Assembly (NCBI RefSeq): GCF_000143415.4
Contig: NW_003314271.1
Span: forward strand, 2,671,729 to 2,735,728
Reading direction: 5' to 3'
DNA length: 64,000 nucleotides
DNA from: Selaginella moellendorffii
Lineage: Eukaryota; Plantae; Lycopodiophyta
Position numbers and translations under genes: made by a program. This document shows positions 36,754 through 47,799 of this stretch, one piece after another; the first letter of the stretch is position 1, and each line of letters starts with the position of its first letter. The notes under the pieces were generated by a model. That model was not told the origin of the DNA. It saw only the letters and a list, made by a program, of their open reading frames with translations, and searched no databases.

Positions 36754-37108
36754 TATTAAGACCCCCAACAAGATCAAGACTAAAAAATGCAGAAGACAGA
36801 GAAAAACTAGTGGAAATGAAGAAGAAGCCTTAGACTAGCATTGATTCAGATTTGTGGAGAAATGGAATAAAGCTAACTTATATATACTATAGGTTGATGA
36901 AGCTCCACCACTCTTGGATCGAGGATGGCCTAAATATAGCTGAGGTCAAGGAGGTGCTATGTCATCATCAAGAATGTGGTTCGAAACTCAAGAATTGTAT
37001 GGGAAATCAGAGAATCATGAATAGGAAAGTGTCTAGAGAGTCAGGAATATAGTCTATAAGAATCTAGTGAGAGTCAAGAATGTGGCAAGAATTGAGGGAT
37101 TCTTGACA
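36754..37108 (-). repeat. 5' LTR of the chromovirus
   Basis: Direct repeat of 21445-21803; TATA box at about 36878-36886 on the minus strand. Confidence 0.9.
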
Positions 37109-37113
37109 ATTAA

Positions 37114-37610
37114 CTTGAAACTTATTGAATATAAAATGGTACTAGATTATGAATTTGGACACGGGGCTAGCACCATTGTGTTCAAGATAATTTCTATATT
37201 CCGTAAATATGTCAAATTAACAAATCTTGACACTTTTCATTAATAGCAATTAAAAATGAATGGAACTAACACAAAGTGTATGATAGCAAGGGTGTTTAAT
37301 AGACACAATAAACTATCATTTAGCAAATATTGAAAGACCAAACTTAATATCATAGGAGTTCCCAACACTAGCAAATGCAAGCTAACATATGAGTTTCTCA
37401 TACTAGGCTGAGCATACTCAACAAAAAAACATATAAAATTTCCTACTTTATGTTTATCCAATATAAGTACATACATAATCACTAATTTCTCAACTAACTT
37501 AAGTGGAGATTGAAAAAGGAACTAGCATTACTATTGTGGCAGTAAAGAAAGAATATCTAAAAATATTAGCCAATAAGTAACTTTCAATACTTGTAATCAT
37601 ATTCGTGATA
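37114..37610 (+). repeat. Older copy of repeat family X, right half
   Basis: Aligns to about 27576-28073 and ends ttcgtgata versus ttcgcgaca. Confidence 0.75.
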
Positions 37611-38365
37611 GTGGCTATAAACTATATAAATAAAAAATATTAGTATAAGCTTAATTAGGCTTATAGATTTAGACCATATAATATTTGTATAAGTATTGGT
37701 CTCTAGTAATCCTAATTTACCTCTTCTCTCAGGGTTCTCTCAAGAAAAATGATTTAAAATAGAGATTAAAAATATTGAATTATAATTTATTATGATTTTA
37801 AATGTTATTTATGAAGACTCTGTAAATAATTTATGCATATTATGTAAATATGATTTTTATGATAATTATAAAAAGTATTTATTTTGTAATAATATTGTTA
37901 AATAAACATATTTATATGTCAATGACATAGAAATAAGAAAAGTATTAACTAATATTCCAAATATCATATTTCATCACTCGAGAAGCCAATGATCCAAAAC
38001 AAAGACTCACATTTCATTATCCAGAATTCTAGGATCTTAATATATAATAAAAGAAAAAGAAATGGTGACTTATCTAAATTAAAATCTGAAATAAAAATGT
38101 ACCTTTGAACAGTATATTCTATTAACCCTTAAACACTAGCCCTAATCTCCCAAAATATCTAAGGATATTCGAGTTTCAGAGGGGTACAGGATAGGGCTTA
38201 GGGTTTATGGCTGAAAGTGTGGATTCCAGCGTTGCAGCTCCTGCCGGCAGCAATCCTGCAATCCGAGGATGTAATTTATAGATTCTTGGTGATAAATGCT
38301 AGGCAGCATTCTATTAGATCGCATCACTTCCGCGATTTTTAGTTCCATAGCTTCATAGGGCAGCT

Positions 38366-41300
38366 ATGGAGCTTGTCGATTGCCACAAGCATTTTCTGGG
38401 CAGGCGCGTGGAGCAAGGGGTCCCCGCCCGCCAGTGCCTGAGGAGGATCAATCACAGGAATTCCTGCTCATCAAGCCAGAGGTGTGAGGCCGTGAAGCTT
38501 CCCGTCCAAGAGCTTCCAAGCCTCAAGATGGAAGAGGATGCTCCTTCGGGTAGCCGAGCCCCAGCCCTCTCCTCCTACGATGTTCCAAGCGAGGTCCTCA
38601 AGGAGGCGGCTTTCGGGAACTTCGATCGCCTCCTCGACTGTGGCAATGGGACTTTACGTCCCAACGTGTTCGTCAAAGCTCTCAAGAACTTACAGGATGG
38701 AAGCGTGGCTTTGGATCTCTTCGAGTGGGCCGAGAGGAATGGTCACAGACCGAGCCTCAACGCTTACAACTTGCTGCTCGAGCTGCTTCTCTCCAACCGG
38801 ATGTACGACGTCATGCACACCGTGTATGACAAGCTGGTGAGGATCTACTCGCCGGACGCTTACACCGTGGGGATCTTGCTACGATCCTTGCTAAAGTCCG
38901 GGAAGATCGAGAAGGCTCACAGGTTTGTTGAGCAGCTCCTCGTCAAGGGACTGTGCGATATCAGCACTTTCAACATCTATATCAGCGGGCTTTGCCGAGC
39001 AAGCCGGATAGGTGACGCACAGACGGTCTTCGATGGGATGAGGAAGCACGGGTTCTGGCCAAACAGGATAACTTACAATGCTCTTCTCAGCGGCCTCTGC
39101 AATGGTGGAAGGATGAGCGATGCCCAGGCGCTATACGAGAGGATGATCAAGGCCGGATACTCGCCAGACGTTGTAACTTACAACACTCTCCTCCATGGAT
39201 TCTGCAAGGTCGGCAAGCTTGACGAGGCGCTTAAGATATTTGACGGGGCCGTGAAGCGGGGGTTTGTTCCCGACGTGGTGACTTACAACGCGCTCATAAA
39301 TGGCTTCTGCAAGGCGGACAAGCTGGACGAGGCGCAGAGGATCCTCCAGAGGATGGTGTCCGAGAGTTTGGTTCCGGACGTGGTGACTTACAACTCTCTG
39401 GTGAACGGGCTTTGCAAGAACGGCCGGGTTGACGAGGCTCGGATGCTGATTGTCGACAAGGGATTCTCTCCGAACGTGATCACCTACAGCACTTTGATCA
39501 GCGGGCTGTGCCGGGAGCTCAGGGTTGACGAGGCCATGAAGTGTTTCCACGAGATGATCCAGCTCGGGCTGAGGCCTCACACGATCATTTACAACTCTTT
39601 GATCGACGGCCTTGGCAAGGCCAAGCGTTTGGAGAGTGCCAGGCAGCTGCTCGAGAAGATGGTATTGAACGGCTGCAAGCCGGATATCGTCTCCTACAAC
39701 GCTCTCATCCATGGCCTGGCAAGAGAACAGGGCGTCTCGGAAGCACTCAAGCTCTTCGGCAGTGTGCTGAGGCAAGGCTACGAGCCTGAGGTGCCGACGT
39801 ACAACATCCTCATCGATGGCCTGCTCAAAGAAGATAGAGTGAACGAAGCCTTCGAGCTCTTCTCCGGCTTGGTAAAGCACGGCCTGGAGCCGGATGCGAT
39901 CACTTACACGGTGTTTATCGACGGGCTGTGCAAGGCAGGCAGAGTCGAGGACGCTCTCCTCATGCTCAAAGACATGGACGAGAAAGGCTGCGTTCCTGAC
40001 GTTGTCTCCCACAACGCTGTTATCAACGGCCTGTGCAAGGAGAAGAGAGTGGACGAGGCCGAGGTTCTACTCTCTGGCATGGAAGCGAAGGGATGCTCGC
40101 CGAACGCTATCTCTTTCAACACCCTCATTTGCGGCCAATGCAGGGCGGGGAAGTGGAAGAAGGCCATGACCACTTTCAAGGAGATGCTCAAGAGAGGTGT
40201 CAAGCCAACAGTCGTGACTTACAACATCCTCGTCGACGGCCTTTGCAAAGCCAGGCAAGTTGACGAGGCCCGAGAGCTGCTGAGCACTAGTGGATTCCTG
40301 GCGGACGTCGTCTCGTGCACCTCGCTCATCAACGGCTTCTGCAAGGAAGGCAGGATCAAAGAGGCCATCACTCTCTTCGACGCAATGATTGAGAAGGGCC
40401 GAGTTCCGGACGTGGTGACTTACAGCGCTCTCATAGACGGGCTGGGAAAGGCAGGCAAGCTCGACGATGCTCGCAGGCTCCTCGGCGCTATGGAGGCCAA
40501 AGGCTGCATTCCAAACGTCTACACGTACAACTCCCTCATCTCGGGTCTCTGCGGCCTGGACAAAGTGGACGAAGCTCTGGAGCTGTTCGTGGCTATGGTG
40601 GAGAAAGGCTGTGTTCCGGACACCATCACGTATGGGACCATCATCTCGGCACTTTGCAAGCAGGAAATGGTGGACAAAGCTCTCGCTCTTTTCGATGGCT
40701 CGCTGGAAGCGGGGGTGGTGCCGACTTCCGGGATGTACTTCTCGCTTATCGATGGCCTCTGCGCGGTGGCGAGAGTGGACGAAGCTCTCAAGCTTCTACA
40801 GGCCATTCCCGAGCATCACAGGCCAGGCTCCGAGGCCTACAACAGCATCCTCAGCGCGCTAACCAGTGACGGCAAGCTCGCGGAGGCTCAAAGCCTGCTC
40901 GAGACGATGCACGAGCGGGACTTGGTTCCGAATGGATTCTTCTACAACGCGCTCATGGTGGCGCTGTGCAAGCAGCCGGGTGGGAGTAGCAGCGTCGTGA
41001 AGATCCACAGGAAGATGGTGAAGAAGCGATCGGTGCCGGAGCAGGGGCTGGTTCGGTGCTTGTGCATGGAGAGCCTCGCGGACGAGGCCGACGAGATCTT
41101 CCAAGGAATGCTCGCGGACAAGTGCCTTCCAGACGCCTTGACGGTGAACACGCTGGTGAAGAGCTTGTGCGAGCACGGCAAGGTGGAGAGGGGCCTCGAG
41201 GTTTTGTCGCAGCAAAGCGGCAGCAGGGAGAAGCGCGAGATGGTGGCTGGGTTTGAGGCTGTTCTTGCGGAGCTTTGCAAGGAGAGCGGCAAGCTGGATC

Positions 41301-41485
41301 GAGCGATGGAGGTGCTGGAGGAGATCAAGGGAGTGTCGAGCTTGGCGAGTTACAAGATCGTTTTGGAGTGCTGCGCCAGGGATGGGAGAGTGGAGGAGAT
41401 GGAGAGGCTGATCCGGGAGATTAGAGAGAGTGACCTTGCTCAAGATGGAGAACTGGAAGAGTATCGAATCACACTCGACAGTTAA
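38366..41485 (+). CDS. P-class pentatricopeptide repeat protein, 1039 aa, intronless
   Basis: Long array of 35-aa repeats of the form VVTYN.LI.G.CK.G..DEA; N-terminus resembles a transit peptide. Confidence 0.95.
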   Translation: MELVDCHKHFLGRRVEQGVPARQCLRRINHRNSCSSSQRCEAVKLPVQELPSLKMEEDAPSGSRAPALSSYDVPSEVLKEAAFGNFDRLLDCGNGTLRPNVFVKALKNLQDGSVALDLFEWAERNGHRPSLNAYNLLLELLLSNRMYDVMHTVYDKLVRIYSPDAYTVGILLRSLLKSGKIEKAHRFVEQLLVKGLCDISTFNIYISGLCRASRIGDAQTVFDGMRKHGFWPNRITYNALLSGLCNGGRMSDAQALYERMIKAGYSPDVVTYNTLLHGFCKVGKLDEALKIFDGAVKRGFVPDVVTYNALINGFCKADKLDEAQRILQRMVSESLVPDVVTYNSLVNGLCKNGRVDEARMLIVDKGFSPNVITYSTLISGLCRELRVDEAMKCFHEMIQLGLRPHTIIYNSLIDGLGKAKRLESARQLLEKMVLNGCKPDIVSYNALIHGLAREQGVSEALKLFGSVLRQGYEPEVPTYNILIDGLLKEDRVNEAFELFSGLVKHGLEPDAITYTVFIDGLCKAGRVEDALLMLKDMDEKGCVPDVVSHNAVINGLCKEKRVDEAEVLLSGMEAKGCSPNAISFNTLICGQCRAGKWKKAMTTFKEMLKRGVKPTVVTYNILVDGLCKARQVDEARELLSTSGFLADVVSCTSLINGFCKEGRIKEAITLFDAMIEKGRVPDVVTYSALIDGLGKAGKLDDARRLLGAMEAKGCIPNVYTYNSLISGLCGLDKVDEALELFVAMVEKGCVPDTITYGTIISALCKQEMVDKALALFDGSLEAGVVPTSGMYFSLIDGLCAVARVDEALKLLQAIPEHHRPGSEAYNSILSALTSDGKLAEAQSLLETMHERDLVPNGFFYNALMVALCKQPGGSSSVVKIHRKMVKKRSVPEQGLVRCLCMESLADEADEIFQGMLADKCLPDALTVNTLVKSLCEHGKVERGLEVLSQQSGSREKREMVAGFEAVLAELCKESGKLDRAMEVLEEIKGVSSLASYKIVLECCARDGRVEEMERLIREIRESDLAQDGELEEYRITLDS

Positions 41486-41582
41486 ATGTAAGCGGACGTT
41501 GTAATATAGAGCAAACTGTTTTCGCGAAAACCATCGCTAATTAAATACATGAGATGATCAGATTAATGAATTCATCAATGAC

Positions 41583-41664
41583 GTGGACGTGCCGGAGTGG
41601 TTATCGGGCATGACTAGAAATCATGTGGGCTTTGCCCGCGCAGGTTCGAATCCTGCCGTCCACG
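41583..41664 (+). tRNA. tRNA-Ser(AGA)
   Basis: 82-nt cloverleaf with a long variable arm, anticodon loop ctAGAaa, GGTTCGAATCC B-box and a downstream T-run. Confidence 0.97.
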
Positions 41665-41725
41665 AAATGATTTTCTCTCATGTTTTTTTCGCTTTTTTAA
41701 AGCGCGCTTTTGCAAATCAAATAAT

Positions 41726-41807
41726 GTGAACGTGCCGGAGTGGTTATCGGGCATGACTCGAAATCATGTGGGCTCTGCCCGCGCAGGTTCGAATCCTGCC
41801 GTTCACG
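41726..41807 (+). tRNA. tRNA-Ser(CGA) with an AGA-type body
   Basis: 82-nt tandem paralog with anticodon loop ctCGAaa; all stems intact. Confidence 0.93.
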
Positions 41808-41957
41808 CTCGAATTGCTTTCAGTTTCTGAAGAACGTCCGACTGTTATTCGTAGATTTTATGATGTTTTTATGCTTTGCCATGGATTTTCAACTACATAT
41901 GGATCACTTTTGTTGAAGGAAAGGGATTTGAGTTAAAAATTTGTTAAAAGTTGGAAG

Positions 41958-43452
41958 CTATCTCAACAGAATCTTCTTCACACTCTCGTAGACAATAAAA
42001 GTGATGGAGGATGAGGGAGCAACTCTAAGTAGGTTTGGTACCATTCCTTTGTATAAACCCCGGACTCCCTCATATCTGTGAAAAACTCGATGATTGAAAA
42101 GGAATAACTGGGAGTTTGCTTACTTGAGTGTCTCAGTGAAAGCGTGCCAGCCGCCTCTGTAGCTCAGTGATCCTTGCGAGTCAGGTCTTTGCTACAACAT
42201 CCAAATAAGCACAAGACTTTTCATTAGAACAAATGAAAATCCATGGAAGTACCTGTGAGCGTGTTCTAATAACCTGCAAAGTCACCTTTGTCACACATCA
42301 AATCCATGAGTGAGATGAGGCTTACTTGGTAGGGATAAGTTAAAAATAGCGCAAAAAGCTTGGACGTAGCACCAAGCACAGCAAAATCTAGAGAGGTCTG
42401 CGAGAATCACAAATTTTCAAAGTTATGAACAAAATCTTCCAAAGAAGTAAGAGCAAGGAAAACTTACTAGAGAGTTTTCAGTTGCCGAAGGATCCACTCT
42501 CTTGCGAGCTGCAATCGCCATTTTTCTGCCCTCTTCATACGCCATAAACTGAAGTGCTCCGTGTGACACCTATGCCTGACTCCATCAAATCATCAATTTG
42601 CCAAAGAAATGGACAAACTTACAAGAAGTACGCTCGGACCAAAGCCTTTGTAAAAGCCCCTCCAGCCTTCAACTTTACGAATGCTGTGGAAAGCATCTGT
42701 GCAGCCAATGTAGCTAAGGAAAGGAAAAATGAAAAAGAAATGTCTCTCACCCATAAAACCCGAGTAAGGCTGCTGAGATCCATTCGGAGGCTGAAGCTGA
42801 AGCCGTGTTTTTACTAGAAATATGGGATTTGTCATCGCAGAGACCTGATAAAGTTTAAAAAAACTTAAGACAAGAACAACTAAAGGAAAAAAAAGCAAAA
42901 AAACTGTCTACCAGTGCACCAGCTTCAGCAGACGCAACGAGGTGATGGCCTGGACCGAGCTCTCCTCCCAATCTTCTTTGATGCATCTCCTTGATATTAC
43001 TGTAACTGCGTGGAAAAAAATAAAATGAAAACCATGGCATCACGAACTAAAATAACAGTCAAACTTACAAGAGAAAATAGAGTCCCCACGCCAAGCTAGA
43101 ACCAAACACGGCAGGAGAAAGGCCGGCATACAATCCTTTCACACCCTGCCAAAAGGAAGGCAAAAAAGTCACACCTTGCGTAAAAAACTTTCGATTTCTA
43201 GACCTCTGTTCGCGCGATGGTGAGCAAGGCATTGGCAGTGCTCTTGTACTGATGAACAAAACGATTTCGACCATCGTCGGCTGGAGCTCAATGCGAAGAA
43301 ACGCCGCTTGCAAAGGAGAGAAAAGAAAACCAAAGAGAAGGCATACCCTGGAATCGCGTGCGAACAATGTCGAGAGGATGCAAAGCTACGACGGTGGCAA
43401 CCCCGGCAACAGCTCCCGCAGTGGCCTCCTCCCACTTCCATTCTCTGCCCAT
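41958..43452 (-). CDS. FOLT1: Mitochondrial carrier family folate transporter (multi-exon)
   Basis: [95 protein letters not shown]. Confidence 0.9.
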
Positions 43453-44495
43453 ACACAAAGAAGCCCTAAAATCCCCTGTAGATTCCAAATAACTCGCCTA
43501 GTTATTTGGCAAAAGGTTATAACCATTAACATTACCCGCGAAAGGGTAGCCCTAAACATCTAGATCCCAAGAATATACCAGATCAAATATTCTCTGGGTT
43601 TTGAGCGAGGACAATGCCTAATCCCAGATCCAAACACGCGATAAGCTGGGCTCCATTTTGCTGCGAGTTGAGCGTGGCGATGGAGCACATTGAGCTGCCA
43701 GTGAACGAACGCGCGGGGAATCACCAGCACAGTTTTCAGGCGAGGGGAGAAATCAGGCCTCCCACCGCGAAATCCAGGCGTATTATTGCGAAGCGAGGCC
43801 CGATGTCCTGGAGGGGATCGGGAATCGGCGGAGTGGCAAGGCATCGCACTAGATGGATGTAGCCATAACATGATTTGGATCGGACTATTATGAAGTAGAA
43901 GCTAGTGAATCGAGGGATTCGAGATTTTGATCGATGAACCTAGTGAGCTTTGATCATGAGAAGAAGAAAGTGATCTGGACAGAGACAACGTGGAAAGGAG
44001 ATGGTACCATCTCTAGAAGAACAAGTTAAAGGAGTTTTGATCGCCTGAGAAAGAAGCTGAGCTTGACAATTCAGTTGTCGTAATGTGAAAAAATGGTGTC
44101 AATGTAGAGGAAGATCAGGGCGCGGCTGGAGATGGGAGGAAAGGTAGCGCGAGTTTGTGGGGCGTGTTTTTTGGGCTTTTTAGCCTTCATGGCGCAGCCC
44201 TGTCGTGGAGCAGTAAAGAGCAAACAGTTCCATGACTGTAAAGTTTGGAAGCACTAGGTATTAGTGGATTCTGAAAATGTGTGAACTACATCTCTTGAAA
44301 ACACTTTGAGCAGTTTCTCATATGTAGTTAGATACAAATATGAGATACATATACTTTCGAAACTGTGGAAAGCGGTCTACTAGGATCCCAAGAAAGCCAG
44401 CCTGATCCCAAGAAGACAGCAGCTTGGGCGCAATTCCACTGATCCTTCTCTAACCTCTTTTGATCTCTCTTTTAGGGTTCATTCTGTGCTTGGTC

Positions 44496-45366
44496 ATGTT
44501 TAAGCGCCAGAACTACGCTGTGCTCCATGGGCGGTCTTCGTCGTCTTCTTCTTCCTCCTCGTCGGACGACTCCGGAGAGGACGATGGAGAAAAGCCCGGT
44601 GGGTTTTTTCCTTTCTTTCTTTCTTTGGTGTTGGGTTTATGGTTTAAGCTGCTTGTGCAGTCTCCAATCGCGAGTCCCATGAAGAGGAGGAGGAGGAGGA
44701 AGAGGAGGAGGAGAAAGGAAAGGAGGTAAAACGTAAAAGGGAGGATTGGGCGATGGCTGTGGAGGAGAGCGAGAAGGAGAAGCTGGAGCAGTCTCTCGCG
44801 ATTCAGGTTAAAGATGTTTTGAAATGCAGGGTGTGCCCCAAGGTTGTGTGCCTCTCGGAGGAAACCATGGCCTCCCACTTGCGCTCGAAGGTAACAGCTT
44901 CTGTCGGATGATATAAACTCTTTTTTTCCTTCTTTTCGAAGGGCCATCGTCGTTCTTTGAAGAAAATGACGGAAGGAAAGCTCAAAGTTACGCTCAACAG
45001 TGAGGGTGAGGAGGAAGAGATGGAATCTGAGGGCGAGACACACGCGGAGAGGCACGCACGAACAGTCGCCGCGCTCGCTGAGGTTCGTGGACGATCAAAC
45101 GAAAGCTTTCTCTTGATCAAGACAAACTTTCGTTCTCAGTGAAGACGTTTTTGTCCTAGGAATCCAAGAGGACGAGCACGGATCCGAGCAGCAAGAAGAG
45201 GAAGAAGGGCGGACGACAGCGCCAGAGATTGCGAGCCAAGAAAAAGGTGAGAACTTCTCTCCTTTTCTTCTTGTTCTTGTTCTTCTTTTCCAGCATAAAC
45301 TCGGTGGAAACTTTCCAGGCTAGACACAAGAAGTTTGATAAATCAGCTGCTAAGGTTAAGAAATAA
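44496..45366 (+). CDS. Conserved plant Ser/Glu-rich protein with a C2H2-type zinc finger (multi-exon)
   Basis: Spliced product MFKRQ..SSSS..EEEE..LKCRVCPKVVCLSEETMASHLRSK|GHRRS..LNSEGE..ETHAERHAR with a basic C-terminus. Confidence 0.8.
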
Positions 45367-46212
45367 AACAGAATGCATAAATAGTAACATTTTTCCTTTT
45401 TTCCCTCTTGATATTTTATATAAATAAAATCACAATACGAATTCATAGATTAATAAATATTGGTGGGAGTTTTGAGAAGTGCTGGATCAGTTGCAAGTTA
45501 AAAATAAAAAATTTCAGCTATGATATGACCTTGGAGAAGAATTTGCATACTTTTCTGGCTAACAATGAGAACTTGCAATTGTCTCGTTCACCATGGCAGT
45601 GGGGAATCTATAAAATGGAACTGGATCACTACACTCGCTTGCTCAAAATTCATTGTGATCAGCAATCTACTGGAAGATTTCTGGAGTCATGTTTGGAAAC
45701 AAGACAGTGGGAGACGTTGTGCGGCTGGGTGGACATATGAAGTTTGTTTTGGCGCTAAGATATTCCCCGTGTGTGGGAGGAAGTAGTGCATGCAAACATG
45801 ACCTCAGAAATCTTCCCGTACATGGATTGCTGATCAGGACAATAAATTGTGGCTTCAACCAGAATGACAGCATCTAGTGATCCAATTCTATTTAGTTATT
45901 AATTGTGTGAATTTGGATTCACCACCTTTTCTTGCATTAGATAGTGCTTAACAGCAAGTTCTGATTCGCCACCTGTTTCTCGTGATACCACATTGTTAGG
46001 CTTTGGATAGCGAGTCGTTGCTGTTTTGGTGTTATAAAGAGTTAAGAAAGAGAGACACTTGAAGGTGTGGCGCATGAGCTTGGCTCACAGTGTCTTCGTG
46101 CCTCTATATAAAGACAAAAGTTCACGCAAAAGGAGATTCACGCTCAGTAATAGGGAATTTTGCTCCTCGAGAGTCCTTCTTCCTCCCTTTCTTTCTCAGG
46201 ATAGCGATCGCG

Positions 46213-46644
46213 ATGGCGATTAAGGCAGCGATCCTGGTGGCGATCATGTCCCTGGCAATGGCATTGACGATCGCGGTGGAGGCGAGGGGCACGATCACGA
46301 GCAAGCTGTGGAGGGCCATGGATGTAGATTTCTCGGGCTATTGCAGCGATGAATCCATCCCAACTGGGAGCACTTACTGGACGAGCTTGAACCAGACGTT
46401 GACGGATCTCATCCAGAACACAGCATACGCCAATAACATGACCTATAGTGTCAAGAATGGTGGCGACGATGTCTCAGCCTATGGACAAGCCCAGTGCTTC
46501 AACATGGTGGGCAACCCTGGGATGTGCAAAAGCTGCGTCGAGGATTTGGTTCGTCGGGCTTGGCGTGAGTGCGGTGATGCCATTGCAGCAATGCTCATGC
46601 TCAAGGACAAGTGCACCATTCGTTACCAAGACTCTCCACTATAA
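46213..46644 (+). CDS. Single-DUF26 (Gnk2-like) cysteine-rich secreted protein, 143 aa
   Basis: Signal peptide; YGQAQC-x9-C-x2-C; C-terminal CTIRY; TATA box at about 46105. Confidence 0.88.
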   Translation: MAIKAAILVAIMSLAMALTIAVEARGTITSKLWRAMDVDFSGYCSDESIPTGSTYWTSLNQTLTDLIQNTAYANNMTYSVKNGGDDVSAYGQAQCFNMVGNPGMCKSCVEDLVRRAWRECGDAIAAMLMLKDKCTIRYQDSPL

Positions 46645-47799
46645 ACAGGTAATACAATCGAATAAAGATGGATTTTAGTTTGTTGTCTCTATAGTAAAAT
46701 ACATTTTATGTTTTTAAAGAAGAAGGAATAAAGATAGCAAAATTTCTATTTTTCTTGCTTTTAATTACTTCTATTTGTTTTTTTAATAACATATTATTTT
46801 CAAAATTCCTACAGAAGGAATTCAGCAAATGAGAGGATTGGTAGTAAGATTAGGAATGTATTCCATACTAGAATGATTGGAAACTCTAGGATTTGAACTT
46901 ATAACTGCCAATTTTCTTACATAGTAATAACATCCTTAGATCGTCTAGTTCTTTGGTATTTTTGCATACAAATGTGTAGTCCATTTCCTAGTGGGGATTC
47001 CTCCGAGATTTATCATGGAAATATATATTTTATAGAGTATTTAAAGATTTATAAGAAATAATAATGAGAATTATTGGTATATTTAGTATTATGAAAAGTT
47101 AGATTCTTACTAAGTATATAATTCATAAATGAAGCTTTTCGAGGGGCTTTTTGACCCAATTTTTTAAAAAACAATTCATGATTTCACCACTTTAAATAGT
47201 GTTATGACAAAATGATGGTACCCATCTGGTGGGCAAAATTTTACCACCTCAGGTTTTCATTCCTTGTGTTCAATTTAAGTTTCTAATCTTTCTTGCTGAA
47301 AATTTAGTAGAAATTCTTTTTTGATTGAAAAGAAAATAAGGCAGTTTTTATGGAGAAGGAAAGTGCAGTATTTTCCATATAGATTTTCACATCATTTAAT
47401 GGTCATGCTACATATCCTCCATTTCTAACATCAATTAGGGAAAAGACTTCTGAAGTAGGCTTGGGAAGTAAGCATTCACTCTTGAGTACATTCATTAACA
47501 ATACTCTAGAGAATTTCGGGCCTAGTTTTTATGATGAACTTGCTAATAGCCATTAGTGTTTTTTTTGCAAAAGAATGCAAGACTGTTGAGGTACCTTGGC
47601 CTTCTTCCCTCTTGCTTTAGTTACCATTGATCCAGTCTAAAAGGGAATGAGTGAATTAAATATTGATTGGTTTGAAGAATATAAACTTACTCCTTTTGGT
47701 TAGCGACCAAGCTGTTTTTCTCAACTACTTGAGTTCAAGTGGTCGCAGCCAGTCGAGCTTTCTTGACTAGCTCAACCTTGCTTGAAAGTTCGACCTTGC

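Larger units (their letters stand above)
21445..37108 (-). mobile_element. Full-length, decayed chromovirus (Tcn1/Tf1-sushi-like Ty3/gypsy) LTR retrotransposon with nested insertions
   Basis: Paired LTRs at 21445-21803 and 36754-37108; TSD ATTAA at 21440-21444 and 37109-37113; PPT at about 21805-21817; gag from ATG 36669; zinc knuckle, protease, RT (YLDD), RNaseH, integrase and chromodomain in the expected order on the minus strand. Confidence 0.9.

Noticed and set aside
39131-41443. Long antisense and alternate-frame ORFs over the PPR gene (also over CCX, LYM and the chitinases)
   Set aside because: Expected shadows of GC-rich codon usage.
41808-41860. Possible tRNA-snoRNA dicistronic tail after tRNA-Ser(CGA)
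   Set aside because: No convincing C/D or H/ACA box arrangement.
43560-44200. GC-rich short ORFs between FOLT1 and the C2H2 gene
   Set aside because: No domain or consistent splice model; possibly a gene fragment.
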